From: Microcoleus sp.
GTDB taxonomy: Bacteria > Cyanobacteriota > Cyanobacteriia > Cyanobacteriales > Microcoleaceae
Assembly: GCA_042408215.1 (NCBI GenBank)
Contig: JAYFMW010000028.1
Coordinates: 128,001-192,000, forward strand
Direction of reading: 5' to 3'
Length of the DNA: 64,000 nt
Of the stretch, positions 31,877-40,733 are shown one piece after another; positions within the stretch are counted from its first letter, which is position 1, and each line of letters begins with the position of its first letter. A program made the translations under genes and the position numbers. The notes beneath the pieces were generated by a model. It did not search any database and was not told the origin of the DNA. It was given only the letters and a program-made list of their open reading frames with translations.

Positions 31877-32440
31877 TTAAGAACAGCCTTCTATATACTC
31901 TACTTGAGGAAGTTGCCCAGACCTGAAATATTTAACACGCCTCTCAATCCCTGTCTCAAAAATTAAACGATAGTTGCTGTCCGCCGCATCTCGCGGCACA
32001 AATGTCAAGTTATTTCCTCTACCGCCCAGCGGATTTTTGATGACTCTAATTTGTCCGGGATAGAGAGAAAATATCTGCTCTTCAGTATTTCCAATTTTAG
32101 CTCCTTTAATTGTAGTAACCCGTTCGTTGCTAATATCAATTCTGACAATGCGACCCTTTGTTACCATAAAGTTAATTCCTTTCGGCTCCCCTTGCGGCTT
32201 AAAATAGGAACAAAAATTTTCATCGAGGCCTGCATAGCCTTTCACTAACCTCACTCCAGCAGCTTGTGAGGCCTCATCAACTGTCATCCCAACTCGGATC
32301 GGACCAATACCATTAAGCGCTAGTTTCGAGTTCTCTGTCAGTTGCGCTTGAGCGTTGACTGATGTTACCCAAACCGCAAAAATGACAATTGTGCCGATTA
32401 GTAAGGTTACAAACTTAGTTGAACTGTTTAACTTTCGCAT
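31877..32440 (-). CDS. Secreted hypothetical protein (tandem paralog of 31232..31810)
   Basis: Near-identical N-terminal ~60 aa; diverged loops. Confidence 0.82.
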   Translation of the reverse strand: MRKLNSSTKFVTLLIGTIVIFAVWVTSVNAQAQLTENSKLALNGIGPIRVGMTVDEASQAAGVRLVKGYAGLDENFCSYFKPQGEPKGINFMVTKGRIVRIDISNERVTTIKGAKIGNTEEQIFSLYPGQIRVIKNPLGGRGNNLTFVPRDAADSNYRLIFETGIERRVKYFRSGQLPQVEYIEGCS

Positions 32441-32457
32441 CGATCGCTCTTGCTCCC

Positions 32458-32868
32458 TTACTTCTGTAAAAATTTCTCTAATTCTGCGGTACGTTGTTCG
32501 GTAACTCTAGTAAGACAAGAATTAAGCACATATCCATAATTGCTACCTCCTCCTCCTCTATCCGATCGAACTTCGTTTTGGCAAGTAGTATCGCGACGCG
32601 GAATCCAAGTGAGTTGTTCATCAATTAGTTTGTTTCTATCGCGCTGATTTAGTTTTGATATAACTTGTTTGTAGACCTCATTAAGCTTGGTATCTGCTTG
32701 TTTATAAAGAGCCCAAAAACAATTGTTTACTTCAGCTTGGGTTTGAGGTTGGTTGCAAGCAGCAGGTTTGCTTGCAGAGGCATCTCTGCCTTGAGCCAAA
32801 ACTACTGAACTGCTCGCACTCAAAAATATTAAACTTATGATTAACCTAAACAGTGATCGCTTTCTCAT
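32458..32868 (-). CDS. LprI-like lysozyme inhibitor family (DUF1311) secreted protein
   Basis: C...TQAEVNNC, ADTKLNEVYKQ, EQLTWIPRRDTTC, CLTRVTEQRTAELE. Confidence 0.85.
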   Translation of the reverse strand: MRKRSLFRLIISLIFLSASSSVVLAQGRDASASKPAACNQPQTQAEVNNCFWALYKQADTKLNEVYKQVISKLNQRDRNKLIDEQLTWIPRRDTTCQNEVRSDRGGGGSNYGYVLNSCLTRVTEQRTAELEKFLQK

Positions 32869-32905
32869 TATTTTTTCTCCTTAAATTAACAGAGAATATT
32901 CAGCC

Positions 32906-33406
32906 TTAGTAGTAACAAGGATGGACTAAACTAACTCCCTGTCTAATTTTTGACCACTCCGATGCTAGTCTCGTTTCCGATCGCTGTATTGCGCGGTAGC
33001 CTAAATCTGGATTACGAGTGTAAAAGATTGCATCTGCTACTTTGTTCAGCACTGAACTGAATACCACGATCTCCCTCGGATTTCTTCCCGGAGTGTCAAA
33101 CTCGGAAAGATGCCACCAATAACTCGGCCCACAACCTCGCTCGTAAACTAAATTACCATCGCGCAATACTTTTCTAATAGCAGCCCATTCGTTAATATAC
33201 TGCGTTTCGTTAGGGCGGATTTTGCGGCGGTTCAGTTGTGGGTGTAGCTTGTAGAAAATATTGTCAGTCCATTCATCGATCGCTTTTTCAGGCGCGTTGT
33301 TGGCTGCAATCATTACTGAAGCAGCGACAGGATAGCCGATATGTTGCGCGAGAACCTTCACAGACAACAAAGGAATGCCGATTAATCCCAATATCAAATA
33401 GTTCAT
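32906..33406 (-). CDS. Secreted hypothetical protein with internally duplicated helical motif
   Basis: DNIFYKLHPQLNRRKI...EWAAIR and DAIFYTRNPDLGYRAI...EWSKIR. Confidence 0.75.
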   Translation of the reverse strand: MNYLILGLIGIPLLSVKVLAQHIGYPVAASVMIAANNAPEKAIDEWTDNIFYKLHPQLNRRKIRPNETQYINEWAAIRKVLRDGNLVYERGCGPSYWWHLSEFDTPGRNPREIVVFSSVLNKVADAIFYTRNPDLGYRAIQRSETRLASEWSKIRQGVSLVHPCYY

Positions 33407-33519
33407 TGCATACCTCGATATTTCATCATTTTTACACTCTATTTTTTCAGATGTTTTGTTTGTGCGATCGCTCTCTAGCTACTTGTTTTGACATAGGCGA
33501 TTGTCTTTTGATCTTTGCT

Positions 33520-34173
33520 TCACTTTTTTTGAGGAATCCGTCTTTCGGAGCGCAAAATTCGGTTAATTTGCTGCTTCGTCATAAAAGGAGCTTCTAAACA
33601 ACTAAGTCTCAAGCAGAATTGACCTGTTTCTTTCACAAATCTAAGTTTTGTATCTTTTCCATAAGTTTGATAAGAACCGACACTACCTCCCCAGTTAAAC
33701 TTAATTGCTTTGCCAGATTTTACATAGCTATCTGCCATAGCATAATCAATTTCTCCTATTCCACTTTTGATTGGTGGGTAGCTAGATAAACCTTGTTTGA
33801 GGATATAAGCTGTAGTATTATCGGCTCCTGGATTGATGTAAACATAGCCATTTCTAAACTCGGCAGGTAGGTCGTAATCGCGGTTGACAAAACACCTTCC
33901 ACCCCGTTCTACAAATTCTCTCCAAGTGACAAGTTGAGATTTTGGTTGTTGAGCAAGATTTTGCGGCTCATCAATCACTTGAGAATTATCTGTGACAATA
34001 TTATCAATTAGAGATTGATTAGCCATTGCAGAAAGTTGAGGCTTGGTGAATTCTCCAAACCCTACAATTGTCAAGCTAAGCATCAAGCTAAATATCGATC
34101 GCCCTTTAATCATTTTTCCTCCCTGTTTGCTAAGATGTCCTATTTGCTGGATTGTCCCCATACACCATTCCAT
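33520..34173 (-). CDS. Secreted hypothetical protein (paralog of 25482..26063); likely start ATG 34113
   Basis: MIKGRS leader; AQQPKSQLVTWREFVE. Confidence 0.8.
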   Translation of the reverse strand: MEWCMGTIQQIGHLSKQGGKMIKGRSIFSLMLSLTIVGFGEFTKPQLSAMANQSLIDNIVTDNSQVIDEPQNLAQQPKSQLVTWREFVERGGRCFVNRDYDLPAEFRNGYVYINPGADNTTAYILKQGLSSYPPIKSGIGEIDYAMADSYVKSGKAIKFNWGGSVGSYQTYGKDTKLRFVKETGQFCLRLSCLEAPFMTKQQINRILRSERRIPQKK

Positions 34174-34397
34174 CCCTCCACCGCAAAAATCGCCACAGTC
34201 TTGAGCTTCTATTTATTTATCAGACTCAATCCCCAAGTTTTATGCAAAATACTCGTTTTTTGTAATAAAACTTTACATAAAGTTGCCCAACGTTGGCAGA
34301 GCCGAGTTTTGAGCTAAGCCCGATCGCCCAGATTTATGGGCGTAGACATTCTTGGCTGGGCACTCTTGGTACCGCCCCTACAAATTTGTATAAATGA

Positions 34398-34500
34398 CAG
34401 GAATTACGCACTCCGACAGAGAAACCGGGTTTTTTCCCGAATCTTCGAGTACGAACGCAGTATTTTCGTAAAAAAACCCGGTTTCTGAACCCCCGTGCGA
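34398..34500. mobile_element. MITE-like element with AGAAACCGGG/CCCGGTTTCT hairpin
   Basis: Related to 9029-9140. Confidence 0.6.
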
Positions 34501-34510
34501 TCGCCCTTTT

Positions 34511-34927
34511 TCATCTTTCCTTAAAATATTTCTCTAATTCGGCCGTGCGCTGTTTAGTCGATCGCTCCAAACACTCATTCAAAAAACCTTGATAACCCGT
34601 ACCGCCACGATTTCTATACACTTCAAACTCGCAGGTATTGTCTCGCACTTTAATCCATCCTAATTGTGATTCTGAAAGTAGGGCTTTCTCTTCCTTGCTC
34701 AACTTAGCAATCAGTTGTTTGTAAACATCATTCAGCCGCTTGTCTGCGAGTTCATACCTCAACCGAATACAGGCTCTAACTTCTACATCGCCTTGAGGCC
34801 GATCGCAATTAAGTTGTTGAGTGATCGCAGAGCGCCCAGATTGTGCAAAAACAGATGTTGTACCGAAAATTGCCAAAAGTGCGATCGACCAAAAGAGCGA
34901 TCGACCTTTCCTCAACTCTATTTTCAT
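34511..34927 (-). CDS. LprI-like lysozyme inhibitor family (DUF1311) secreted protein
   Basis: ADKRLNDVYKQL, SQLGWIKVRDNTC, CLERSTKQRTAELE. Confidence 0.87.
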   Translation of the reverse strand: MKIELRKGRSLFWSIALLAIFGTTSVFAQSGRSAITQQLNCDRPQGDVEVRACIRLRYELADKRLNDVYKQLIAKLSKEEKALLSESQLGWIKVRDNTCEFEVYRNRGGTGYQGFLNECLERSTKQRTAELEKYFKER

Positions 34928-35034
34928 GACTCGTCAACCCACTTATCTGATAAGTCCTCTTAACACGAGACAGAGTTGATTTGATTAATTTAAGTATTTT
35001 TTTATATTTACTGAATTATAACCCCTTTTTTTTA

Positions 35035-35382
35035 TCAGATTCCCAAAGTGTGCTTGAGTGCTGCATCTACTGCCACCATATCCGACCAAATACCAATTTT
35101 GCGATCGATTTCAACTTCTAGAAGCGTCACAAGATTGTCCGTCATAATTACCGAATCAGCTAACAATCCCGTTTGCTTCCCTTCCGGTGTTGCTAGGGCA
35201 ACAAAAACCCGGCTTGGGTGTCCCGATCGGGCTAAATTGCTCGTAATCATTGCCACAATTGTTTGCCCTAAACCAGTCCCCAGATTATTAGTTTGAACTA
35301 TCAAAGCAGGACGGCGTTTCGCAGTACGCAAGTCCGAGTTCGGAAACAAAGCCAGAACTACATCACCGCGATTATAAGGCAT
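35035..35382 (-). CDS. Type II toxin, PemK/MazF family
   Basis: MPYNRGDVVLALFP, KRRPALIV, VAMITS, DSVIMTD; start overlaps the upstream gene. Confidence 0.92.
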   Translation of the reverse strand: MPYNRGDVVLALFPNSDLRTAKRRPALIVQTNNLGTGLGQTIVAMITSNLARSGHPSRVFVALATPEGKQTGLLADSVIMTDNLVTLLEVEIDRKIGIWSDMVAVDAALKHTLGI

Positions 35383-35602
35383 CGTAAGCATCCATTTCCG
35401 GTAGTTCCCAATCAGGAGCAAATCTCCTCAGCCGAACCCGTAAATCTGCTGCTTGCTCCTGGTCAATACCGCGAGATTGCAAGTTTACTAACCCTGATTT
35501 TGGCATAAAAGTAACAATTACTTGCACTTCTTCCATGTCGGCAGGTGTTTCCAATAACTCAATTTTGCCATTTCGATATATACCCTCTACTGACTGTAAC
35601 AT
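35372..35602 (-). CDS. Putative antitoxin (AF2212/DUF104-like)
   Basis: SVEGIYRNGKIELLE; acidic tail DWELPEMDAYDAL; overlaps toxin start. Confidence 0.75.
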   Translation of the reverse strand: MLQSVEGIYRNGKIELLETPADMEEVQVIVTFMPKSGLVNLQSRGIDQEQAADLRVRLRRFAPDWELPEMDAYDAL

Positions 35603-35681
35603 TTTACTCCTCTGATAATTACCTATTTATATTTTAGCTACGATCGCCAAACCCAGCAAGTCTCCGTCTTTTTTGTGGGTA

Positions 35682-36662
35682 TCAGCACTTCTCAAAAGCC
35701 GCGCCCACCAACGATAAAGCCACAATCGGCGCAGTCACCGCTCTGAGAATTCTACTCCCCAAAGAAACAGGCTCAAACCCAAATTCGATCGCCCTTTTCA
35801 CCTCACCATCCGTCCATCCACCCTCCGGCCCAATAGCTATGACAATCGATAATTCTCCCCCAGGGGGCGGGCACGGGGGCACCGCCCCTACAAAGGCGGG
35901 AGCGAATTCTTGCTCCCCCCTTACCAAGGGGGGCTGGGGGGGAGCGAATTCTTTCTCCCCCCTTACCAAGGGGGGCTGGGGGGGAGCGAATTCTTGCTCC
36001 CCCCTTACCAAGGGGGGCTGGGGGGGAGCGAATTCTTGCTCCCCCCTTACCAAGGGGGGCTGGGGGGGAGCGAATTCTTTCTCCCCCCTTACCAAGGGGG
36101 GCTGGGGGGGATCTAAACCAATCAAACAATCCCACAAATGCCGATTATCCCCGCGAGCAACACAAATATATCGATATTTTTGACCGCAATCTTTCACCGC
36201 CAAATCAAACGAAATCGGCTCCAAAATCCTCGGCACAAATTGACGTTCCGACTGTTCCGCCGCCTCAGCAGCAATCCGCCTCCATCGATCGACCTTTTGA
36301 GCACTCGGTTTCAGCAAAGTGCGATCGCTCGTCACCGGCACAATACTTGCGACACCCAACTCCGTCGCCTGTCTCACAACCTCGTCAAACCCGTTGCCCT
36401 TGGGCAATGCAGCCATTAAAGTCACATCAACCGGGAGCTCCCTGTTGACCGCAATTTCCTCTGTTATTGACGCAATTAACCCTGTTTCCTGGGCTTCTAG
36501 GACTGCTAGCCACCAATGTCCTCTGCCGTCCATCGCAATAAATCGATCGCCCTGATTCAGTCGCAACACTCGATGTATATAATGCTGTTGTTCGGGGGTT
36601 AGGTTGATTGTGCGATCGCACATTTGAGCGGCATTAATTGCTAATCTTTGTAATTGAGCCAT
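35682..36662 (-). CDS. rsmE: 16S rRNA m3U1498 methyltransferase with in-frame repeat insertion
   Basis: HYIHRVLRL, VVRQATELGV, AAEAAEQSER, IAIGPEGG, SLGSRILRAVTA; start ATG 36662. Confidence 0.95.
   Translation of the reverse strand: MAQLQRLAINAAQMCDRTINLTPEQQHYIHRVLRLNQGDRFIAMDGRGHWWLAVLEAQETGLIASITEEIAVNRELPVDVTLMAALPKGNGFDEVVRQATELGVASIVPVTSDRTLLKPSAQKVDRWRRIAAEAAEQSERQFVPRILEPISFDLAVKDCGQKYRYICVARGDNRHLWDCLIGLDPPQPPLVRGEKEFAPPQPPLVRGEQEFAPPQPPLVRGEQEFAPPQPPLVRGEKEFAPPQPPLVRGEQEFAPAFVGAVPPCPPPGGELSIVIAIGPEGGWTDGEVKRAIEFGFEPVSLGSRILRAVTAPIVALSLVGAAFEKC
35861..36113. repeat. Five 42-bp palindromic units plus one REP, in frame inside rsmE
   Basis: PPQPPLVRGE(K/Q)EFA x5, then PAFVGAVPPCPPP; core CCCCCCTTACCAAGGGGGG. 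Confidence 0.92.
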
Positions 36663-36680
36663 TGAATTTTGGATTGTTCG

Positions 36681-37495
36681 TTTTCTATTGGATTTGTTTT
36701 TTTTACCGCAGAGGGCGCAGAGAGCGCTGAGGAAGAGGGGAAGAGAGGGGATGGGTCTCTCCTGGACGCTTTTCAATTTGATTCTGTTTCTATTGGATTT
36801 GTTTTTTTTTACCGCAGAGGGCGCAGAGAGCGCTGAGGAAGAGGGGAAGAGAGGGGATGGGTCTCTCCTGGACGCTTTTCAATTTGATTCTTTTTCTATT
36901 GGATTTGTTTTTTTTACCGCAGAGGGCGCAGAGAGCGCTGAGGAAGAGGGGAAGAGAGGGGATGGGTCTCTCCTGGACGCTTTTCAATTTGATTCTTTTT
37001 CTATTGGATTTGTTTTTTTTACCGCAGAGGGCGCAGAGAGCGCAGAGGAAGAGGGGAAGAGAGGGGATGGGTCTCTCCTGGACGCTTTTCAATTTGATTC
37101 TTTTTCTATTGGATTTGTTTTTTTTACCGCAGAGGGCGCAGAGAGCGCTGAGGAAGAGGGGAAGAGAGGGGATGGGTCTCTCCTGGACGCTTTTCAATTT
37201 GATTCTTTTTCTATTGGATTTGTTTTTTTTTACCGCAGAGGGCGCAGAGAGCGCTGAGGAAGAGGGGAAGAGAGGGGATGGGTCTCTCCTGGACGCTTTT
37301 CAATTTGATTCTGTTTCTATTGGATTTGTTTTTTTTTACCGCAGAGGGCGCAGAGAGCGCTGAGGAAGAGGGGAAGAGAGGGGATGGGTCTCTCCTGGAC
37401 GCTTTTCAATTTGATTCTTTTTCTATTGGATTTGTTTTTTTTTACCGCAGAGGCCGCAGAGAGCGCAGAGGAAGAGGGGAAGAGAGGGGATGGGT
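36681..37495. repeat. Tandem array, period 105-106 bp, 7 full copies + 1 partial
   Basis: ACCGCAGAG starts at 36705, 36811, 36916, 37021, 37126, 37232, 37338, 37444; variation mostly in poly-T length. Confidence 0.95.
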
Positions 37496-37626
37496 TTTTT
37501 GTTTGTAAGTTTAAAGGAAAAGCATTTACAACTGGAATTCTTTGATAAATCCCAGTTTTTTTCTGCAAATGCTCTGCCCTTATATTACTTTTGTCTGAGG
37601 TCTATTGCAGACAATCGAAAATCGGC

Positions 37627-39615
37627 TTATCCTTCCTCCTTAATCTTGTTCAAGTAATTTGAAATCACCTCTGTAGCTAGCTGGGTGATTGGCTTCCCCT
37701 GACGGGCTGCTTCTTCTTTGAGCTCGTTGTAGATTTCATCGCGGACGCTAATTCGGCGGCGGACTTTGCCCGCAGTGGGGGATTTCTCGCTCTCATCATC
37801 GTTACTAGACGTAACTTCTAATTCATTATTCTCTGTTGTCATCGAGTCGGTAGATTGGTAGTTGGTTACAAATTGACGGATAGATTCTAACCCGACGCGA
37901 TCGCAAAAATCGCCAAAACTCTCACTTGGTTGCCGTTTTTGCTTAAAATAAACAAAAATTGGCTCCAGAAAAGCTTCAAAATCATTGACGTGCAGCTTTT
38001 CCTCTATCGGTTTTGCCAGCCTCGTTTGAGCGGGAGAACCCCCTAGCCAAATCTGGTAAGATTCTGGCGAACTCCCGACAAACCCCAATTCTGCCATATA
38101 AGGGCGGGCGCATCCATTGGGACAACCCGTCATCCGTACTACAAAATGCTCGTCTTTTAAGCCAACTTTGGTCAACAGCGCCCGAATTCTTTCTAAAATG
38201 CTCGGAATCACTCGCTCTGACTCGGTAATCGCCAAGCCGCAAGTCGGCATTGCTGGACAAGCCATAGCATACCGGACTAAGGGGTCGATCGCTGTTTCGC
38301 CCTGAATCCCACACCGCGCCAGAATGCTCTGAATTTCTTGTTGGATTTTTGGTGAAATGTCGTAAATCAGTATGTTTTGGTGCGGTGTCACCAACATCGG
38401 CACGTTGTGTTTCTGCACGATTTCCCGCAAAGCCGTTTTTAGCTGGAACGAACCTTCATCCTTAACGCGGCCATTTTCTACAGAAATTCCCAAAAACAGC
38501 TTACCATCGCCTTGTTCGTGCCAACCCAAGAAATCGAAATACTTCCATTCTGGCAAGGGTTTAAACTGTTCTAGTGGCTTGCCAAAATATTCGGCTACTT
38601 TTTCCTGGAACCATTTTACACCTTTGTCGTTAATCAGGTATTTCAGTCGGGCGTGTCTTCTGTCTGTGCGATCGCCAAAATCTCTCTGAGTTGCTACAAT
38701 TGCCTTCACCAAATCATACACATCATCCTTGGCAACATAGCAAATCTCATCCGCAACCCGCGCAAAAGTCTCTTCTTTATTGTGAGTGCGCCCCAAACCA
38801 CCGCCAGCAAACACGTTAAAACCTTCCAACTCCCCAGCTTCATTGGTAAATACCACCAAGCTCAAATCCTGAGAGTACAAGTCAACGGAATTGTCTCCGG
38901 GCACTGTCACCGAACATTTGAACTTCCGCGGCATATAATGACTGCCGTAAATCGGTTCTTCCTTATCGTCATCAAAGATTGTGCCATTCCCGTTGGACTG
39001 TCTCGCAGCTTTCACAGCGGGGTCTTCTTCAGCACTCACAGCTTTTTCGCCATCTAACCAAATTTCGTAATAAGCCCCCGTTTGCGGTGTCAGCAAATCC
39101 GCGACATTGTTGGCGTATTGCAGCGCATACTGGTATTCTGGCCGATTTTTGTACGGTGCTGGCGGTGCCATGACGTTGCGATTTAAGTCGCCGCAAGCTC
39201 CCAAGGTTGACCCCATATTTTTAATAATTGAGGAAAACACTGCTTTAAGATTTTTCTTCAGCACGCCGTGAATTTGGAAGCCTTGGCGCGTCGTGACGCG
39301 GAGCGTGTGGTTGCCGTATTCTTCGGATAGCTTGTCTAACGTCAGGTATAGCTGCGGGGGTACGAAACCGCCGGGATTGCGGGTTCGCAGCATGAACTGA
39401 TAGTCTTTTTCTTGGCCTTTAACTCGATTGTCGCGGTTGTCTTGCTGGTAGGAGCCGTGAAATTTGAGAATCTGAATCCCTTCTTCGGTGAAGTGGGTTG
39501 TTTCTTGCAACAGTTCAGTCGCAACGGGTTCTCGCAAATAGTTGCTCCGTTCTTTGAGACCTTCTGATTTAGAGGGTTTGCGCGCCGCAGGCGCTGAAGT
39601 GGAAGATGTACTCAT
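37627..39615 (-). CDS. sir: Ferredoxin-dependent sulfite reductase with C-terminal extension
   Basis: [58 protein letters not shown]; start ATG 39615. Confidence 0.96.
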   Translation of the reverse strand: MSTSSTSAPAARKPSKSEGLKERSNYLREPVATELLQETTHFTEEGIQILKFHGSYQQDNRDNRVKGQEKDYQFMLRTRNPGGFVPPQLYLTLDKLSEEYGNHTLRVTTRQGFQIHGVLKKNLKAVFSSIIKNMGSTLGACGDLNRNVMAPPAPYKNRPEYQYALQYANNVADLLTPQTGAYYEIWLDGEKAVSAEEDPAVKAARQSNGNGTIFDDDKEEPIYGSHYMPRKFKCSVTVPGDNSVDLYSQDLSLVVFTNEAGELEGFNVFAGGGLGRTHNKEETFARVADEICYVAKDDVYDLVKAIVATQRDFGDRTDRRHARLKYLINDKGVKWFQEKVAEYFGKPLEQFKPLPEWKYFDFLGWHEQGDGKLFLGISVENGRVKDEGSFQLKTALREIVQKHNVPMLVTPHQNILIYDISPKIQQEIQSILARCGIQGETAIDPLVRYAMACPAMPTCGLAITESERVIPSILERIRALLTKVGLKDEHFVVRMTGCPNGCARPYMAELGFVGSSPESYQIWLGGSPAQTRLAKPIEEKLHVNDFEAFLEPIFVYFKQKRQPSESFGDFCDRVGLESIRQFVTNYQSTDSMTTENNELEVTSSNDDESEKSPTAGKVRRRISVRDEIYNELKEEAARQGKPITQLATEVISNYLNKIKEEG

Positions 39616-39897
39616 GGAAAGTATAGTATCCGTTATAATTAGATCAGGAGCGATCGAATATTTCTTGACCTGACAGTTGACAAATTTGCACTTGACAAAT
39701 TTCCTCAGAAATGCTGTGTCGGATTTGTTGACAACTCGGTTAACAACTAAGTTAATAACGGTAATCCGATAGGAATTCTGACGGTGTTTAATTGTAACAC
39801 GATCGCCCTTGGGCATTGCAGCTCTAAATAAGACTTTATAGTTCGATCGCTTAACTGCACAAAACTTGAGAAATAATTAACCTCAACATCTGAAACT

Positions 39898-40146
39898 ATG
39901 TCCCTGTATGACGAAGACACATTTGTAGTGTTAGAAACAAACCAGCCAGAGCAGTTTTTGACCGCCGCGGAACTGTTAGAAAAGCTGAAAGTAGTTTTAG
40001 CTTCTGGACAGGAAGATTTATCGCCGGATGTCCAAAAATTCTCTTCTGTGGAAGCTCAAGCCAAGTATTTAATTGATACTTATTGTGAATTAGATGTCGG
40101 CCCTGGCAAGTTTTTGCAGTGGTACGCAGTGCGTCTGGAAAAGTAA
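39898..40146 (+). CDS. crr7: Chlororespiratory reduction 7 (NDH-1 assembly factor) family
   Basis: FVVLETNQPEQFLT...ELDVGPGKFLQWYAVRLEK. Confidence 0.85.
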   Translation: MSLYDEDTFVVLETNQPEQFLTAAELLEKLKVVLASGQEDLSPDVQKFSSVEAQAKYLIDTYCELDVGPGKFLQWYAVRLEK

Positions 40147-40233
40147 TTTTAGAAATGGACAACAGTCAACAGTCAACAGTTAACTGTGAACAATTATTCA
40201 ATCTAAAATCCAAAATCTAAAATCTAAAATCGG

Positions 40234-40614
40234 TTAATCTTCCAACTGTTGCACCGATGACACTTCAACTGCGGTAACATCGATCGTACCGGGCGGCGTC
40301 AAGCGAATAAAATGACCTTGTTCTATTCTCAGAGGTTCACCGCAGTTGGAACACTGAAACTGAGTTTGATTTAAAGCGGTAAATTCATATTGACAGACTG
40401 GACAATTATCTTCGATTAAGTTGCGTTTCAGCCACCACTGGAGTCCGAAAAATGCCACCACAGGCGTCAGCAGCAAAAAACCTACTAAAATAAAAATCGA
40501 TTTAACTACCCAACCCAAACCAAGTGACGCAAACAGCCACGCAATGCCCAATAGTATCAGCCAATTGCTAATAGCGGGTAGCTTTAAAGAGATTTTGGGG
40601 GTGCCTTGGTTCAC
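40234..40614 (-). CDS. Membrane protein with Zn-ribbon
   Basis: Two TM helices; CPVC and CSNC; PGTIDV. Confidence 0.8.
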   Translation of the reverse strand: MNQGTPKISLKLPAISNWLILLGIAWLFASLGLGWVVKSIFILVGFLLLTPVVAFFGLQWWLKRNLIEDNCPVCQYEFTALNQTQFQCSNCGEPLRIEQGHFIRLTPPGTIDVTAVEVSSVQQLED

Positions 40615-40733
40615 GATCGTCTCCTTGGGTGTCTTTGCAGGTAGGCATAGTTATATCCTAACCAATAAATTCAGGGTGGTGTTCGAGTTAATTTTCCCAT
40701 TGTACATGGAGAAACCGCTGTCTACGCCATAAC

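Noticed and set aside
24728..34927. Integron cassette array
   Set aside because: No tyrosine recombinase, and most gaps are too short for attC sites; none recognised.
35803..36183. Alternative-frame Gly/Pro-rich ORFs
   Set aside because: Shadows of the repeat inserted in rsmE.
36681..37495. Possible CRISPR array
   Set aside because: Whole units are near-identical, with no unique spacers and no cas genes.
36688..37568. ORFs of 76-189 aa on both strands
   Set aside because: Translations of the tandem repeat whose frames shift with poly-T length.
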